A DNA stretch of 64,000 bases from an uncultured delta proteobacterium (GCA_963842085.1 CAWJET010000002.1:1440001-1504000); one strand, 5' to 3'; shown: positions 18,283 through 28,313, counted from the stretch's first letter. Program-made: numbers and translations. The notes: generated by a model from the sequence alone, not told the origin.

Positions 18283-18574
18283 CAAGCTTTCTATGATATC
18301 TTAATTTCAACGTAACTATCAATTATTGAGAATTACTCCTCATTAGGGGGATAAAAAGGTTATTTACACTCAAGGCTGTTGGTAAGATGAAGTCGATTCG
18401 TCTCTGCCTAAAGTTAAGCTTAACAAGAAAATCAAAAGGAAAGATCGAATCGCTTAGGAAAGCGTAAAGCTGCTGCAACGAACCCTTACTCAAGGTAAGA
18501 CAAGGTGCTGGACGAGGCATCCTCAGAAGAATTGTCTTGTCGCACAGGCATTTTTCCCGCGTTGGGGATGGCAT

Positions 18575-18820
18575 TCAGTCCAAGATTTCGAAGAACAGCC
18601 CAAGTTCATCCCAAGCTTTGGCCAGCGAGGCTATCAGTGCCTCGACTTCTCCCCGTGTTTCTTGCGAAAAGCAAATTCGCAGATGGTGGCGCACCGGATC
18701 TTCGGTCCGCAGCGTCGCGAGATTGTCGTAGGACTCGACGATCGACTTGAACAGCACAATCTGCCCGGGCGGTATTGCGATCAGCATCGAATCGAGCACC
18801 GGCATTTTATTTTCGCTCAA
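18575..18820 (-). CDS. DUF4911-like protein
   Basis: IPPGQIVLFKSIVESYDNLATLRTEDP motif. Confidence 0.65.
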   Translation of the reverse strand: MSENKMPVLDSMLIAIPPGQIVLFKSIVESYDNLATLRTEDPVRHHLRICFSQETRGEVEALIASLAKAWDELGLFFEILD

Positions 18821-18880
18821 AGCTGAGTCCCTTCGCGCTCACGGTTTACTGCTTCGTCCCCGACCCCTACATTCTAGCCG

Positions 18881-19765
18881 ATGACGCTGCCGCGGGTCTT
18901 GTTCGTAACCGGCAAAGGGGGGACCGGCAAGAGTACGGTCGCTGCCGCGATTGGGCTTGCGCTGTCGCGCCGGCGTCCGACGACGCTCGCCGATCTCGAC
19001 CGGCGCCTGTCCGCGGCCGCGGCGCTCGGCGCGGTACCGGAAGATTCAGCCGCCGTCAAAATCACCGATTCGCTGGACGTGGTTGCGCTGACGGCGCGCG
19101 CAGAGCTCGAGGCGTTCATCGAGCGCATCGTGCCGATTCGCGCCATCTCGCGCCGGATGCTGCGGAGCCGAACCTTCGGCTACGTCACGGCGGCGCTGCC
19201 GGGACTCGAGGCCTTTCTACTGCTGGAACGTCTGCGAATCATAGCGGGAGACGCGGCGCTCGAGGATCGCTACCTCGTGATCGACGCACCGGCGTCGGGC
19301 AGCGCGGTCGAGCTGCTTTCGGTCTCGTCGGGGGTGAAGGGAATCGCGCCGGGCGGGACGCTGAACCGGCTGGCGGGCTCGATCGACAGCTTTCTTGGCG
19401 ACCCGAGGCGATTCGGCGCGGTAATCACGATGACCCCGGAGGATCTGGCAGTGCGCGAGGCGCTTGAGACCGCCGCAACGATTCGCGCGCGCCTCGGCGT
19501 GGTCACGGTCGCGGCGATAATGAACTGCGTGCCCGACCTGCTGTTCGACACCGCCGAACTCGCGGCGCTTAGCCCGCTCGGCGGCCATGCCCGCCTTGCT
19601 GTTCGCCGAAACGCGGCGCACGAACAGGCGGCTCTCGTCGCGCTGCGGTTCGCCGACGCCGGTATCGCGACCGTCAGCCTGCCGATGATGTTCACGCCGG
19701 CTGTCGGGCGCCGCGAGCTCGACAAACTCGGCCGCAAGCTGGATGCGGAACTGCTCGACCGATGA
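18881..19765 (+). CDS. ArsA/Get3-like ATPase, subunit 1
   Basis: FVTGKGGTGKST deviant Walker A; AALPGLE; VIDAPASG. Confidence 0.85.
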   Translation: MTLPRVLFVTGKGGTGKSTVAAAIGLALSRRRPTTLADLDRRLSAAAALGAVPEDSAAVKITDSLDVVALTARAELEAFIERIVPIRAISRRMLRSRTFGYVTAALPGLEAFLLLERLRIIAGDAALEDRYLVIDAPASGSAVELLSVSSGVKGIAPGGTLNRLAGSIDSFLGDPRRFGAVITMTPEDLAVREALETAATIRARLGVVTVAAIMNCVPDLLFDTAELAALSPLGGHARLAVRRNAAHEQAALVALRFADAGIATVSLPMMFTPAVGRRELDKLGRKLDAELLDR

Positions 19766-20904
19766 AGCCCAGGGCGCATCCAAAGCAGTCCGCCCATCCC
19801 CAGCCGCTGGACTTGCACGCGCAGAGCCTGGTCATTTGCCTGGGGCCCGGCGGCGTCGGCAAGACAACAATCAGCGCCGCGCTGGGCGTGCGCGCCGCCG
19901 TTCTCGGATGCGCCGTCGATGTAATGACGGTAGATCCCGCGCCGCGCCTGCTCGACGCGCTCGGCCTCGGGGCGGACTCGTCCGAGCCGGTCGAGGTTTC
20001 GCTCGACGGCATTCGTCATGCGCGCCGCGGCGGCGGACCGAATCGCGCCAGGCTGCGCGCGTTGCGGCTCGATCCGAAGCGCACCTTCGATTCGATCGTC
20101 GCGCGCTACGCACCGTCGAACGCGGCGCGCGACACCATTCTCGAGAATCGAATCTATCGCAATCTCTCGGGCGCGCTGGCGGGCGTGGCGGATTACATGG
20201 CGATGGAAAAGCTGCTCGAGCTGGCGGCCAATCCGTCAACCGACCTGCTGGTGCTCGACACTCCGCCCGCGGCCGAGGCGATCGACTTTCTCGACGCGCC
20301 GCGCCGCCTGCTCGAACTGCTGAACTCGCGCGCGGTGACCCTGCTCGGCGCGCCCGCGGGATTATTCAGGAGCCAGTTGCGGATGGTGGACGTGGCGGCG
20401 CGCGCGGTGCTCGCCGCGTTCGACCGCGTGACGGGACTGAACCTGCTGAGCGACGTGCAATCTTTCGTCCGCAGTTTCGACGGCATGTACGAGGGCTTCT
20501 CGGCGCGTGCCGCGCGCGCCCAGGACAAGCTGCGCGCGCCTGACACGGCAATCGTGCTCGTGACGACGGCGGAGTCGAGCCGAATCGCGCAGGCGCGCCA
20601 ATTTATCGGCGCACTCAAACGCGCCGGCCTGCGGGTCGCCGCGATGGTGGTGAATCGTGTGCTCGCGGAACTGCCCGACGCCGCGGAGCTGGCGTCAGCG
20701 CACATCGCGCCATCGCTCAAAAGAAAATTGAAGCGCAATCTCGCCGATTACGCCGCGCTCAAGACGCGCGAGGAACTGTCGCTCAACGCACTGCGCGATT
20801 CGCTTCCGGCCGGCGCGGTGCTGATGGTTGCGCCCGACCTCGGCCGCGAGCCGCGCACTATCGCGGACCTGGCTGAAATAGGGCGCAGCTTGCGCGCCAG
20901 TTAA
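19762..20904 (+). CDS. ArsA/Get3-like ATPase, subunit 2
   Basis: CLGPGGVGKTT, TVDPAPRL, YMAMEKL, LDTPP, FLDAP.RL; ATGA coupling to the upstream gene. Confidence 0.9.
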   Translation: MKPRAHPKQSAHPQPLDLHAQSLVICLGPGGVGKTTISAALGVRAAVLGCAVDVMTVDPAPRLLDALGLGADSSEPVEVSLDGIRHARRGGGPNRARLRALRLDPKRTFDSIVARYAPSNAARDTILENRIYRNLSGALAGVADYMAMEKLLELAANPSTDLLVLDTPPAAEAIDFLDAPRRLLELLNSRAVTLLGAPAGLFRSQLRMVDVAARAVLAAFDRVTGLNLLSDVQSFVRSFDGMYEGFSARAARAQDKLRAPDTAIVLVTTAESSRIAQARQFIGALKRAGLRVAAMVVNRVLAELPDAAELASAHIAPSLKRKLKRNLADYAALKTREELSLNALRDSLPAGAVLMVAPDLGREPRTIADLAEIGRSLRAS

Positions 20905-20912
20905 CTGGTTGC

Positions 20913-21278
20913 TCAGCTGGGCTTCTTCGCTCGCCGAATCGCTTTCGTGGATTTCGCTTTCGCGGGTTCGTTTTCGGTCTGATCGAGAACCCGATCGAGC
21001 TTGATGCTGAGGTTCAGCAGTTGCGAGCTCAAATGGTCAAGCCGCGCTTTCAGGTCGCGCACGTCGCGTTTGGATGGAATGTTGACGAAGTCGAGCAGCT
21101 GCTCGACGTTGCGATCGAACGACTGCTTGTTGGCCATGAAGCGTTCACCGGCCTTGCCGAAACTCGAGCGCATCCGCTGGTTCGACATGATCTCGTTGAA
21201 AAAGCCCGCGATGCCTTCCTCGCTCATCTGGCGGAGCTTGTTCATCAGGTTGTCGTTTTCGTTGTCGCGGCGTGCCAT
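20913..21278 (-). CDS. Phasin-like / PHA-granule-associated coiled-coil protein
   Basis: FDRNVEQLLDFVNIPSKRDVRDLKARLDHL motif and lysine-rich tail. Confidence 0.6.
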   Translation of the reverse strand: MARRDNENDNLMNKLRQMSEEGIAGFFNEIMSNQRMRSSFGKAGERFMANKQSFDRNVEQLLDFVNIPSKRDVRDLKARLDHLSSQLLNLSIKLDRVLDQTENEPAKAKSTKAIRRAKKPS

Positions 21279-21318
21279 GACCTTCAACTATATATAGAGG
21301 GTCGCGCGGCGCAAACCG

Positions 21319-21606
21319 ATGAGCACTCTCGCCAGCATTCTAAGTCTCGCGTCGGGATTCGCCCTGATGGGGTACCACGAACCGCCAGCGAACCTGATCG
21401 CGACGTCGATCATCGTCGATCTCGCGCTGACTCCGCTGACTGCGATCGTCGCGTCGCGGCGCGGACGCTCGCCTCTTCGATGGACTGTCGCGGGACTCGC
21501 ACTCGGCGCGTGGGCGCTCGCCGCGGTCATGATTATGCCGCCGAGGCGCCCCGCTCCGCCGCGCCCCGAAGCTCCGCAGTATCCGCCTACTTCTGACGCT
21601 GCTTGA
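21319..21606 (+). CDS. Small membrane protein
   Basis: Hydrophobic helices; IVASRRGRSPLRWTVAGLALG motif. Confidence 0.6.
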   Translation: MSTLASILSLASGFALMGYHEPPANLIATSIIVDLALTPLTAIVASRRGRSPLRWTVAGLALGAWALAAVMIMPPRRPAPPRPEAPQYPPTSDAA

Positions 21607-22729
21607 TCCACGCCGCAGTCGGCGCGAACACCTCGCCCGCCGACTTCGTTCCCACCAAAACGTCCAGGTGGCCCCAATTGTCGAGCTTGGTAAATGACGG
21701 GTCGGGCGCGCCGGTCGATTTCGCCGACTCTTCCACCTGGCCGGGCCATTGCGCACCGAAGTTGGTGCTGGCGAAGGCGATCACCGGAATTTTCGAGGCC
21801 TTGAGCGCCGCGAGCAGTTGCGGCGTGAACGGATTCTCGCCGTCCTGAACGGCAGGCCAGTAACGATCGTAGGCGATGAGCAGTTTCGCCAGCACGACGG
21901 CGTCGGAATAGCCGCCCTGGGGATTCGCGAGTCCACCGTGGCCGCCGAAAAATCCGCCGGCGTCGTACACCACGTGCTCGAGGTTTTCGCGCGCGGTTTT
22001 GTACTTGGGAATCGGCGCAGGCTGATCGGGATTTTCGATCACCATCTGCATCAGCTTGTAACGTTTGTCGTAGGTTAGATGCTCGCCGCCGATGTCATCG
22101 GCATAGTGGCCGGGCGTAACGGGCGTCGCGCGCATCGGGTGGGTCGGGATGAATCCGTCGAGCGCGATGATTCCCGCAACGTGCCCGGGATGCACGGCCG
22201 CGTAGAGGTACGCGAACTCGACGCCGCGGCTGAAGCCGGCGACGAATAGTTTGTCGCGGCCGGATTTTTCGCTGACGAATTTCGCGGTCGTATCGATATC
22301 CGATTCGAAAAGATCGTTGGTCCATCCCGCCAACTCGGCGAGATCGCTCTGTGGAGTCTCAGGCGGAATAAAATGCGTGCGATAGTCCATCGACCACACG
22401 TCCACGCCGTGCTCGGCGAGGTAAGCCTGGAACGAGTAGCGCGGATCCTCGAGCGCCACTTCACCGTTCATGTTGGTGCCGGGCAGATAGAGCACGACCG
22501 CCGCCGGATGCGCCGGCGGATTGGGCCCGTTGGCGACGCGATGCAGCGCGATTTTGTCGAACGGCGATTTGCCGACGGTCGCCTGGAACGTCCATTCGTA
22601 AATTCCCGGCGCGCCTTTGAGCTCGCGGGCGGCGCCGACGGCCTGAAAATCAGCGGCCGATGCCACCGTCGCGACGAGCAGAAGCAGGACAGCGAAAAGG
22701 CTAAGCGCAGCGCGTCGTCGAATCCTCAT
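21587..22729 (-). CDS. Secreted alpha/beta hydrolase
   Basis: Signal peptide, LYLPGT, nucleophile GFSRG, C-terminal WGHLD. Confidence 0.8.
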   Translation of the reverse strand: MRIRRRAALSLFAVLLLLVATVASAADFQAVGAARELKGAPGIYEWTFQATVGKSPFDKIALHRVANGPNPPAHPAAVVLYLPGTNMNGEVALEDPRYSFQAYLAEHGVDVWSMDYRTHFIPPETPQSDLAELAGWTNDLFESDIDTTAKFVSEKSGRDKLFVAGFSRGVEFAYLYAAVHPGHVAGIIALDGFIPTHPMRATPVTPGHYADDIGGEHLTYDKRYKLMQMVIENPDQPAPIPKYKTARENLEHVVYDAGGFFGGHGGLANPQGGYSDAVVLAKLLIAYDRYWPAVQDGENPFTPQLLAALKASKIPVIAFASTNFGAQWPGQVEESAKSTGAPDPSFTKLDNWGHLDVLVGTKSAGEVFAPTAAWIKQRQK

Positions 22730-22871
22730 GAGCCTAATCCTCTCCACGATTTCGCGTCGTCGCACAAGCCCGCGCCCCACGCGGCCTCATCGCGGTTGAC
22801 CCTTTGCGGTCTGTCGTGCGAAACAGAGTCGTCAGGTTCTCACGCCAATCACGCACGGGAGTGGAATTTCA

Positions 22872-23792
22872 ATGAGCAAGAAAGTGCAATTCGCCCTGTT
22901 CTCGCCGCAAGCCGGACAATCGTGGCATCAGCTCGAAGAGCGGGCGCATCGATGCGAGAAGCTCGGCTACCATTCGATGTGGCTGGTCGATCATATGTGG
23001 ACGCGCGGGATGCCCGACCTCGACCATCATGAATGTCTCGCACTGATGGCGGGACTGTCGGCGAAGACCGACAAACTTCGCATCGGCACCATGGTCATCT
23101 GCAACTCGTACCGCAATCCGGCGCTGCTGGCGAAGTCGCTGGCGACGATCGATCACATCAGCAACGGCCGTCTCGAAATCGGCTACGGCGCGGGCTGGAT
23201 GGACGAAGAGTACAAAGCTTACGGCTACCAGTTCCCGTCGATGGGCACGCGGCTGAAGATGTTCGAGGAAGGCCTGCACATCATGAAGGCGATGTTCACC
23301 GAGAAGCGCGTGACGTTTAAGGGGCGGCACTACTCGGTCGAAGAAGCGATCTGCAATCCGAAGCCTGTGCAGCAGCCGCATCCACCGATCACGATCGGCG
23401 GCAGCGGCGAAAAGATCATGCTCAAGCTGGTCGCGCGGTTCGCCGACCGCTGGAATTGTCCGGCCGGCTACGAAAGCTTCGAGCACAAGTTCAACGTGCT
23501 CAAGCAGCACTGCAAGGACGTCGGGCGCGACGTGAATACGATCGACGTGTCGGAGCAGTTGCTGGTGTGCATCGGGCAGAGCGAGGCTGAAGTCGAGGCG
23601 AAGTGGAAGGCGGCGCAAATGCTCAAGCCGTTCGTGACCACCGGAATCAAGGGCACGCCGAAGCAACTGATCGAGGAACTCAAAAAGCGCGTGGCGATGG
23701 GAATCACGACGTTCGTGATTTTCTTCAGCGACTTCGCGCCGCCGCCGACGCTCGAGTTGTTCGCGAAGGAAGTGATGCCGGCATTTGCGTAG
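22872..23792 (+). CDS. LLM-class (luciferase-like, probably F420-dependent) oxidoreductase
   Basis: WLVDH, YRNPALLAKSLATIDHISNGRLEIGYGAGW, PKPVQQPHPPITIGGSGEK. Confidence 0.9.
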   Translation: MSKKVQFALFSPQAGQSWHQLEERAHRCEKLGYHSMWLVDHMWTRGMPDLDHHECLALMAGLSAKTDKLRIGTMVICNSYRNPALLAKSLATIDHISNGRLEIGYGAGWMDEEYKAYGYQFPSMGTRLKMFEEGLHIMKAMFTEKRVTFKGRHYSVEEAICNPKPVQQPHPPITIGGSGEKIMLKLVARFADRWNCPAGYESFEHKFNVLKQHCKDVGRDVNTIDVSEQLLVCIGQSEAEVEAKWKAAQMLKPFVTTGIKGTPKQLIEELKKRVAMGITTFVIFFSDFAPPPTLELFAKEVMPAFA

Positions 23793-24495
23793 GACGATCG
23801 GAATCCGCCTGCCGTTCGTGGCCGCGCTGCTGCTAGCGGGATGCGCGAGTCAGCCGTCGTACTATACGACGCAACTCGACACGACCGGCGGGCTGGGACC
23901 GGGCGACCCGATAACGCACGCGTCGGCGACGATTGGGCAGGTGACGGAAGTCTCGCCGATTGGCGACGGCGATTCGGAGATCGCGTTTGAAGTCGACGGC
24001 TCGCACACCGACGAAATTCACTACGATTCGATAATGACGCTGAACAACCTTGGCGCTACGCCCTCGCTCGACGTGTTGAACGTGGATGCGATGAGCCATA
24101 GCGCACCGTCGGGCACGCGGCTGGACGGCGCGTCCAGCATGAACGAGGTGCAGATGTTCATGACGGCGCGAGGGCCCGGGAGCTTCGCACAGGCGCTGGG
24201 AAACGTCGCAGGTTCGTCGACCACGCCCCCGCCCTCGCCCTCGACCGTGCAGATGACGCAGATGCTCGCGCAAATTTCGCGGCAGACGCTGGCGAGCGCG
24301 GTGGCAATCGCGCCGCCAACTCGCGAGCAGCTCGAGCAGGCCAAGCACGAGGCGCTTGGCGTCGAACGGCAACTGATGCGCAACGGCAAGATCGAGCAGG
24401 CGGAACGGCTGCGCGCGTCGATGGGCAGCATGATGGGTGGGATGACGGCGCCGGTGAATCCGACGGCGCTTCCGCCAACCTCGCCGAATCCGTAG
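23785..24495 (+). CDS. MlaD/MCE-domain lipoprotein
   Basis: Lipobox LLAGC; GGLGPGDPITHASATIGQVTEV. Confidence 0.65.
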   Translation: MRRTIGIRLPFVAALLLAGCASQPSYYTTQLDTTGGLGPGDPITHASATIGQVTEVSPIGDGDSEIAFEVDGSHTDEIHYDSIMTLNNLGATPSLDVLNVDAMSHSAPSGTRLDGASSMNEVQMFMTARGPGSFAQALGNVAGSSTTPPPSPSTVQMTQMLAQISRQTLASAVAIAPPTREQLEQAKHEALGVERQLMRNGKIEQAERLRASMGSMMGGMTAPVNPTALPPTSPNP

Positions 24496-24517
24496 CGCGA
24501 AATGGATCGCGACTAAA

Positions 24518-25522
24518 TTGGATCAGCAGCGACTGTCCGAATATCTGAAACGCAAGATGCCGCATGTGCGCGAGCATCGCGTGGTCGGCCTCAAACGAAT
24601 ATCCGGCGGTTCGTCGCGCGAGACCTACGCCTTCGACCTGGAGTGGAGCGAAGGCGGAGAGACGCGCACGCGCCCGCTGATCGGACGGCGCGACCCGACC
24701 GGCGGCTTGCTCAAAACCGAGCGCGAGCGCGAGTTCAAGGTAATTGCCGCGATGTATCGCGCGGGCCTGAAGGTTCCCGAGCCACTGTTCCTGGAACTCG
24801 ACGCGAGCGTGATGGATCGCCCGTTTTTCATCATGCATCGCGCGTCAGGCCGGACCAGCATGGGCGCGTTTCCGGCCGCGGAAGCCGAATCGACGCGTGC
24901 GAAGGTGGCAGACGACTTTGTGAACGAGCTGGCGCGATTGCAAACGCTCGACTACCGCGAGTGCGGGCTCGAGATTCTTGGGCCGCCAAAAAATCTCGAG
25001 GAGCCCGCCCGCATCCAGGCAGCGCATTGGACCGAAGTGTATGAACGCGATCGTATGGGCGAGCACTATCCGATTCTCGACGCCGCCTTCGCGTGGCTCA
25101 AAGCCAATCCCGTCGTGAGCGACCGCATCGTGATCGTGCACGGCGACTATCGTTCGGGAAATTATCTGTACGACGAGAACGGAATCATCGCGATGCTCGA
25201 TTGGGAGATGGCGCATCTGGGCGACCCGATGGAGGACCTTGGTTGGGCGTCGATGATGTTCTGGGGGCGCGACGAGCTGGCAGGCGGCCTGATGGAGCGC
25301 GAAGCGTTTTACCGGCTCTACGAACAGAAGACCGGCCATCGCGTCGACCGGCGGCGGCTGTTTTTCTACCAGGTGCTCGGCAATGCGAAGATGGCCGTGA
25401 TTTGTCTGACCGGAATCCGCGACTTCGTCGAGCGGCGCACGTCCGACGCGGTGATGCCGTTTCTTGAACTCCTACTGCCAGCGTTGTTTGAAGATCTGGC
25501 CAACCAACTTCGATTGGTTTGA
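24518..25522 (+). CDS. Phosphotransferase (APH-like kinase) family protein
   Basis: SGGSSRET, VHGDYRSGN, MLDWEMAHLGDPMEDLGW. Confidence 0.9.
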   Translation: MDQQRLSEYLKRKMPHVREHRVVGLKRISGGSSRETYAFDLEWSEGGETRTRPLIGRRDPTGGLLKTEREREFKVIAAMYRAGLKVPEPLFLELDASVMDRPFFIMHRASGRTSMGAFPAAEAESTRAKVADDFVNELARLQTLDYRECGLEILGPPKNLEEPARIQAAHWTEVYERDRMGEHYPILDAAFAWLKANPVVSDRIVIVHGDYRSGNYLYDENGIIAMLDWEMAHLGDPMEDLGWASMMFWGRDELAGGLMEREAFYRLYEQKTGHRVDRRRLFFYQVLGNAKMAVICLTGIRDFVERRTSDAVMPFLELLLPALFEDLANQLRLV

Positions 25523-25531
25523 GGGGTTGAG

Positions 25532-25984
25532 ATGCTACGGCCAACATTGAATGAACTGATCGGCGGGATGCAGCGGACGATCATGAAGGCGCTCCTACCC
25601 GAGCTGACGTCGCCGTATGCGCAAGGGCAGGCGATGTCGGCAATCGGAATGCTCGCGCACGCGGCGGCAGTGCTCGAGTCGGCGCCCGCGTACGACGCAG
25701 CCGAGATAAGAGATCTGCGCGCGACGTTCGCGGCGCTCAAGCGCCTGGGCGACAAGCACATCTCGAAAAAAAGCGGGCTTCGCGGCGCACTTGCTCGCGC
25801 GACTCGAGCCAGCGCAAAACGGCCGCCAGAGCGACGCACGATGGAAGCAGCAATGGCGGAGTTCGCGAGCGCCGTCGCGCTTGGCAATGCCGACGAACGC
25901 GTCGCTCGGCAAGTACGCAGCTACATCAGGCGCAACCTCGAGCGTACGCGCAATTTGCTCGGCGGTTCGTTACCGAGTGCGTGA
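25532..25984 (+). CDS. Helical partner protein of the APH-like kinase (hypothetical)
   Basis: MLRPTLNELI..LLPEL..Y motif typical of small genes following such kinases; RBS GAGG. Confidence 0.6.
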   Translation: MLRPTLNELIGGMQRTIMKALLPELTSPYAQGQAMSAIGMLAHAAAVLESAPAYDAAEIRDLRATFAALKRLGDKHISKKSGLRGALARATRASAKRPPERRTMEAAMAEFASAVALGNADERVARQVRSYIRRNLERTRNLLGGSLPSA

Positions 25985-26279
25985 CTCATTAGCCGCGCTG
26001 CAATTCGGTTCTAAGCAAAGCTTGTTGCTCGTTTATGCCATCATCTGTCACTTCCAAGCCGACTGATTCGTGTCAGGACCCCTTGCGCATGAAAATCCAT
26101 CGGAGTAGATTGCGTAAAGTTAACTGAGGACACGAGACGGTCCAATAGCTAAGTGTATAAAAGACGCACTAACTGTATGTGGCCCGTTTGCTACAGGTAG
26201 TTAGGAGAGCTAATCTGAATAAAGACGCGAGGCTGAGGTTGCTGGAGGTCTTGCAGAACAAAGCGCTGAGGATGAAACG

Positions 26280-26558
26280 ATGAGCGTCGTAACGATTCCC
26301 ACTCCCGGAATGAGCGGTGGTCCGTGCCGCGGATCCTGCAGTCATGCCAAGTGCCACACGCTGCGCGCGCTTGCGGAAGAACGATGCGGTCACTGCGGCG
26401 TCCGCTTTGGTTTCGGCGCCAAGATAACCGGCGAACCTCCGCTGCATCTGCGGTGCGCGCAGGGCATCGCCGCGCAAAGTGGCGCACCGGCTACGCATCC
26501 GATCAATGATCCTGCGGTGAGTCATCAGCTCGCGGGTCATCGCAGCGACAAGGACTAG
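26280..26558 (+). CDS. Small Cys/His-rich putative zinc-binding protein
   Basis: GPCRGSCSHAKC...CGHC...HLRC; RBS GAGGA. Confidence 0.6.
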   Translation: MSVVTIPTPGMSGGPCRGSCSHAKCHTLRALAEERCGHCGVRFGFGAKITGEPPLHLRCAQGIAAQSGAPATHPINDPAVSHQLAGHRSDKD

Positions 26559-26683
26559 CGCCGCCTCCTCCACTTTTGATTTGGAGTCGCACGCCTCTTC
26601 GGCGTGAGCGGCGACCTGCGCTTGACACCTTTATCGCCCGCGCGCTACCGCTCGTTTGACAGCCAAATCGAGGTAGCTAAAAC

Positions 26684-28120
26684 GTGGACAGCGGAAAAAT
26701 TGCCCAGGTCCGAGCGCTCCGCGACCGGCTCGATCATCCGGTGATCGACGCCGATGGCCATCTGATCGAGCCTGCGCCGCTGTTTAATGAATATCTGGAA
26801 AAAGTCGGCGGAAGCGGGATGCTAGAGCGCTATAATCGTGAGCTTCACGAGCATCCGACCGGTTCACGCGGAAATCGCGACGCCGGCGACATGCGCGGCG
26901 CGTGGTGGGGCGTCTCCAACGACGCGTATAACCTCGCGACTGTGATGGCGCCCCGGCTTCTGTACAGCAGGCTGAACGAGCTCGGCGTCGATTTTTCGGT
27001 CCTGTATCCTACGCTCGGACTCGCGCTGCCGACAATTTACGAAGACGAGGTGCGGAAGATCGCATGTCGCGCGCTGAACACGATGAACGCGGAGATCTGC
27101 GGACAGTTCCGCGACCGGATCGCGCCGGCTGCCGCCATCCCGATGCACACGCCTGACGAGGCGGCGGCGGAACTCGAATATGCGGCGCGTCTCGGCTTCA
27201 AGGTCGCGATGATCCCGCCCGGCGTGGCGCGTCCGATTCCCGCGCTCGAACGCGAGCACTCGGAGGCGTTTCCGTCCGCGGCGTATTTCGACTGCTACGG
27301 GCTGGACAGCTTCTTCGACTACGATCCGGTGTGGCGCAAATTTGTCGAGCTGAAAATCGCGGTCACCTCGCACGGCGGCGTCGGTCTGCGTTATCTGCCG
27401 CTCGGACGGCGCTCGCCGACCAACTACATGTTCAACCACATCGGCGGGCATGCCTATCAGCAGGGCGAGCTGTGCCGGTCGATCGTGATGGGTGGAGTTG
27501 CGACGCGGTTCCCGCAACTGGCGTTTGGATTTCTCGAGTGCGGCGCTGGGTGGGCCTGCGACCTGCTCCATTCGCTCGAAGAGCATTGGGAGAAACGCAA
27601 CACGGCCGGGCTGGCGAATTACGATCCGTCGCGGCTTGATCGCCCGCGACTGCATCAACTGCTCGCGGAGTATGGCGGCCCGGGATTCGTGGCGAAGAAC
27701 TCGGCGCGCGCGGTGCGGGCCTACGACGAAGGACTTCCTCGCCACGATCGCACGACCGATCGCGACGAATGGGCGCTGACCGGGGTGCACGAGGAGCACG
27801 ACTTCGCGCGAATCTTCGCCAACTTCTATTTCGGTTGCGAAGCCGATGACCTCAGCGTTCATCGGGCGCTCGATTCGCGCGCCAATCCGATGCGCGCGCG
27901 GCTTCAGCCGATATTCTCCTCCGACATCGGCCACTGGGACGTGCCGGATATCTCGACCGTGCTGCTCGAGAGCCATCGGCTGGTGGACAAAGGTCTTTTG
28001 AGCGACGCGGATTATCGCGACTTCGTTTTCACGTATCCTGCGCGACTTCATTTGAAAGCCGATCCCGAATTCTTCGCCGGCACCGCCATCGCGGGTTCGG
28101 CCGCCAAGCTCGGTGCATAG
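26684..28120 (+). CDS. Amidohydrolase_2 family protein
   Basis: VIDADGH, LYPT, FLECGAGW, FSSDIGHWD. Confidence 0.9.
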   Translation: MDSGKIAQVRALRDRLDHPVIDADGHLIEPAPLFNEYLEKVGGSGMLERYNRELHEHPTGSRGNRDAGDMRGAWWGVSNDAYNLATVMAPRLLYSRLNELGVDFSVLYPTLGLALPTIYEDEVRKIACRALNTMNAEICGQFRDRIAPAAAIPMHTPDEAAAELEYAARLGFKVAMIPPGVARPIPALEREHSEAFPSAAYFDCYGLDSFFDYDPVWRKFVELKIAVTSHGGVGLRYLPLGRRSPTNYMFNHIGGHAYQQGELCRSIVMGGVATRFPQLAFGFLECGAGWACDLLHSLEEHWEKRNTAGLANYDPSRLDRPRLHQLLAEYGGPGFVAKNSARAVRAYDEGLPRHDRTTDRDEWALTGVHEEHDFARIFANFYFGCEADDLSVHRALDSRANPMRARLQPIFSSDIGHWDVPDISTVLLESHRLVDKGLLSDADYRDFVFTYPARLHLKADPEFFAGTAIAGSAAKLGA

Positions 28121-28136
28121 CGGGCGGTGGCGCTCG

Positions 28137-28310
28137 ATGCTTTCGATTGAACGCAAACGCGAATGGGACGAGCGGGGGTTGTTCGTCCTCCGCGGCTTCG
28201 CGCCGCTCGAGGCGTGTCGCGCGATACATCAGACCAGGGAGAAGTTCGGCCATCATAACCCCTCGCACGATTTCATGAAGGTCGAGCGCCGCCGCGCAGC
28301 CGGAGACTGA
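28137..28310 (+). pseudogene. Phytanoyl-CoA dioxygenase-like N-terminal fragment
   Basis: MLSIERKREWDERGLFVLRGF..LEAC then loses similarity. Confidence 0.5.
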
Positions 28311-28313
28311 ATC

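Noticed and set aside
18881-20904. Arsenic resistance operon
   Set aside because: No arsB/acr3, arsC, arsD or arsR, and no evident metalloid-binding cysteine set.
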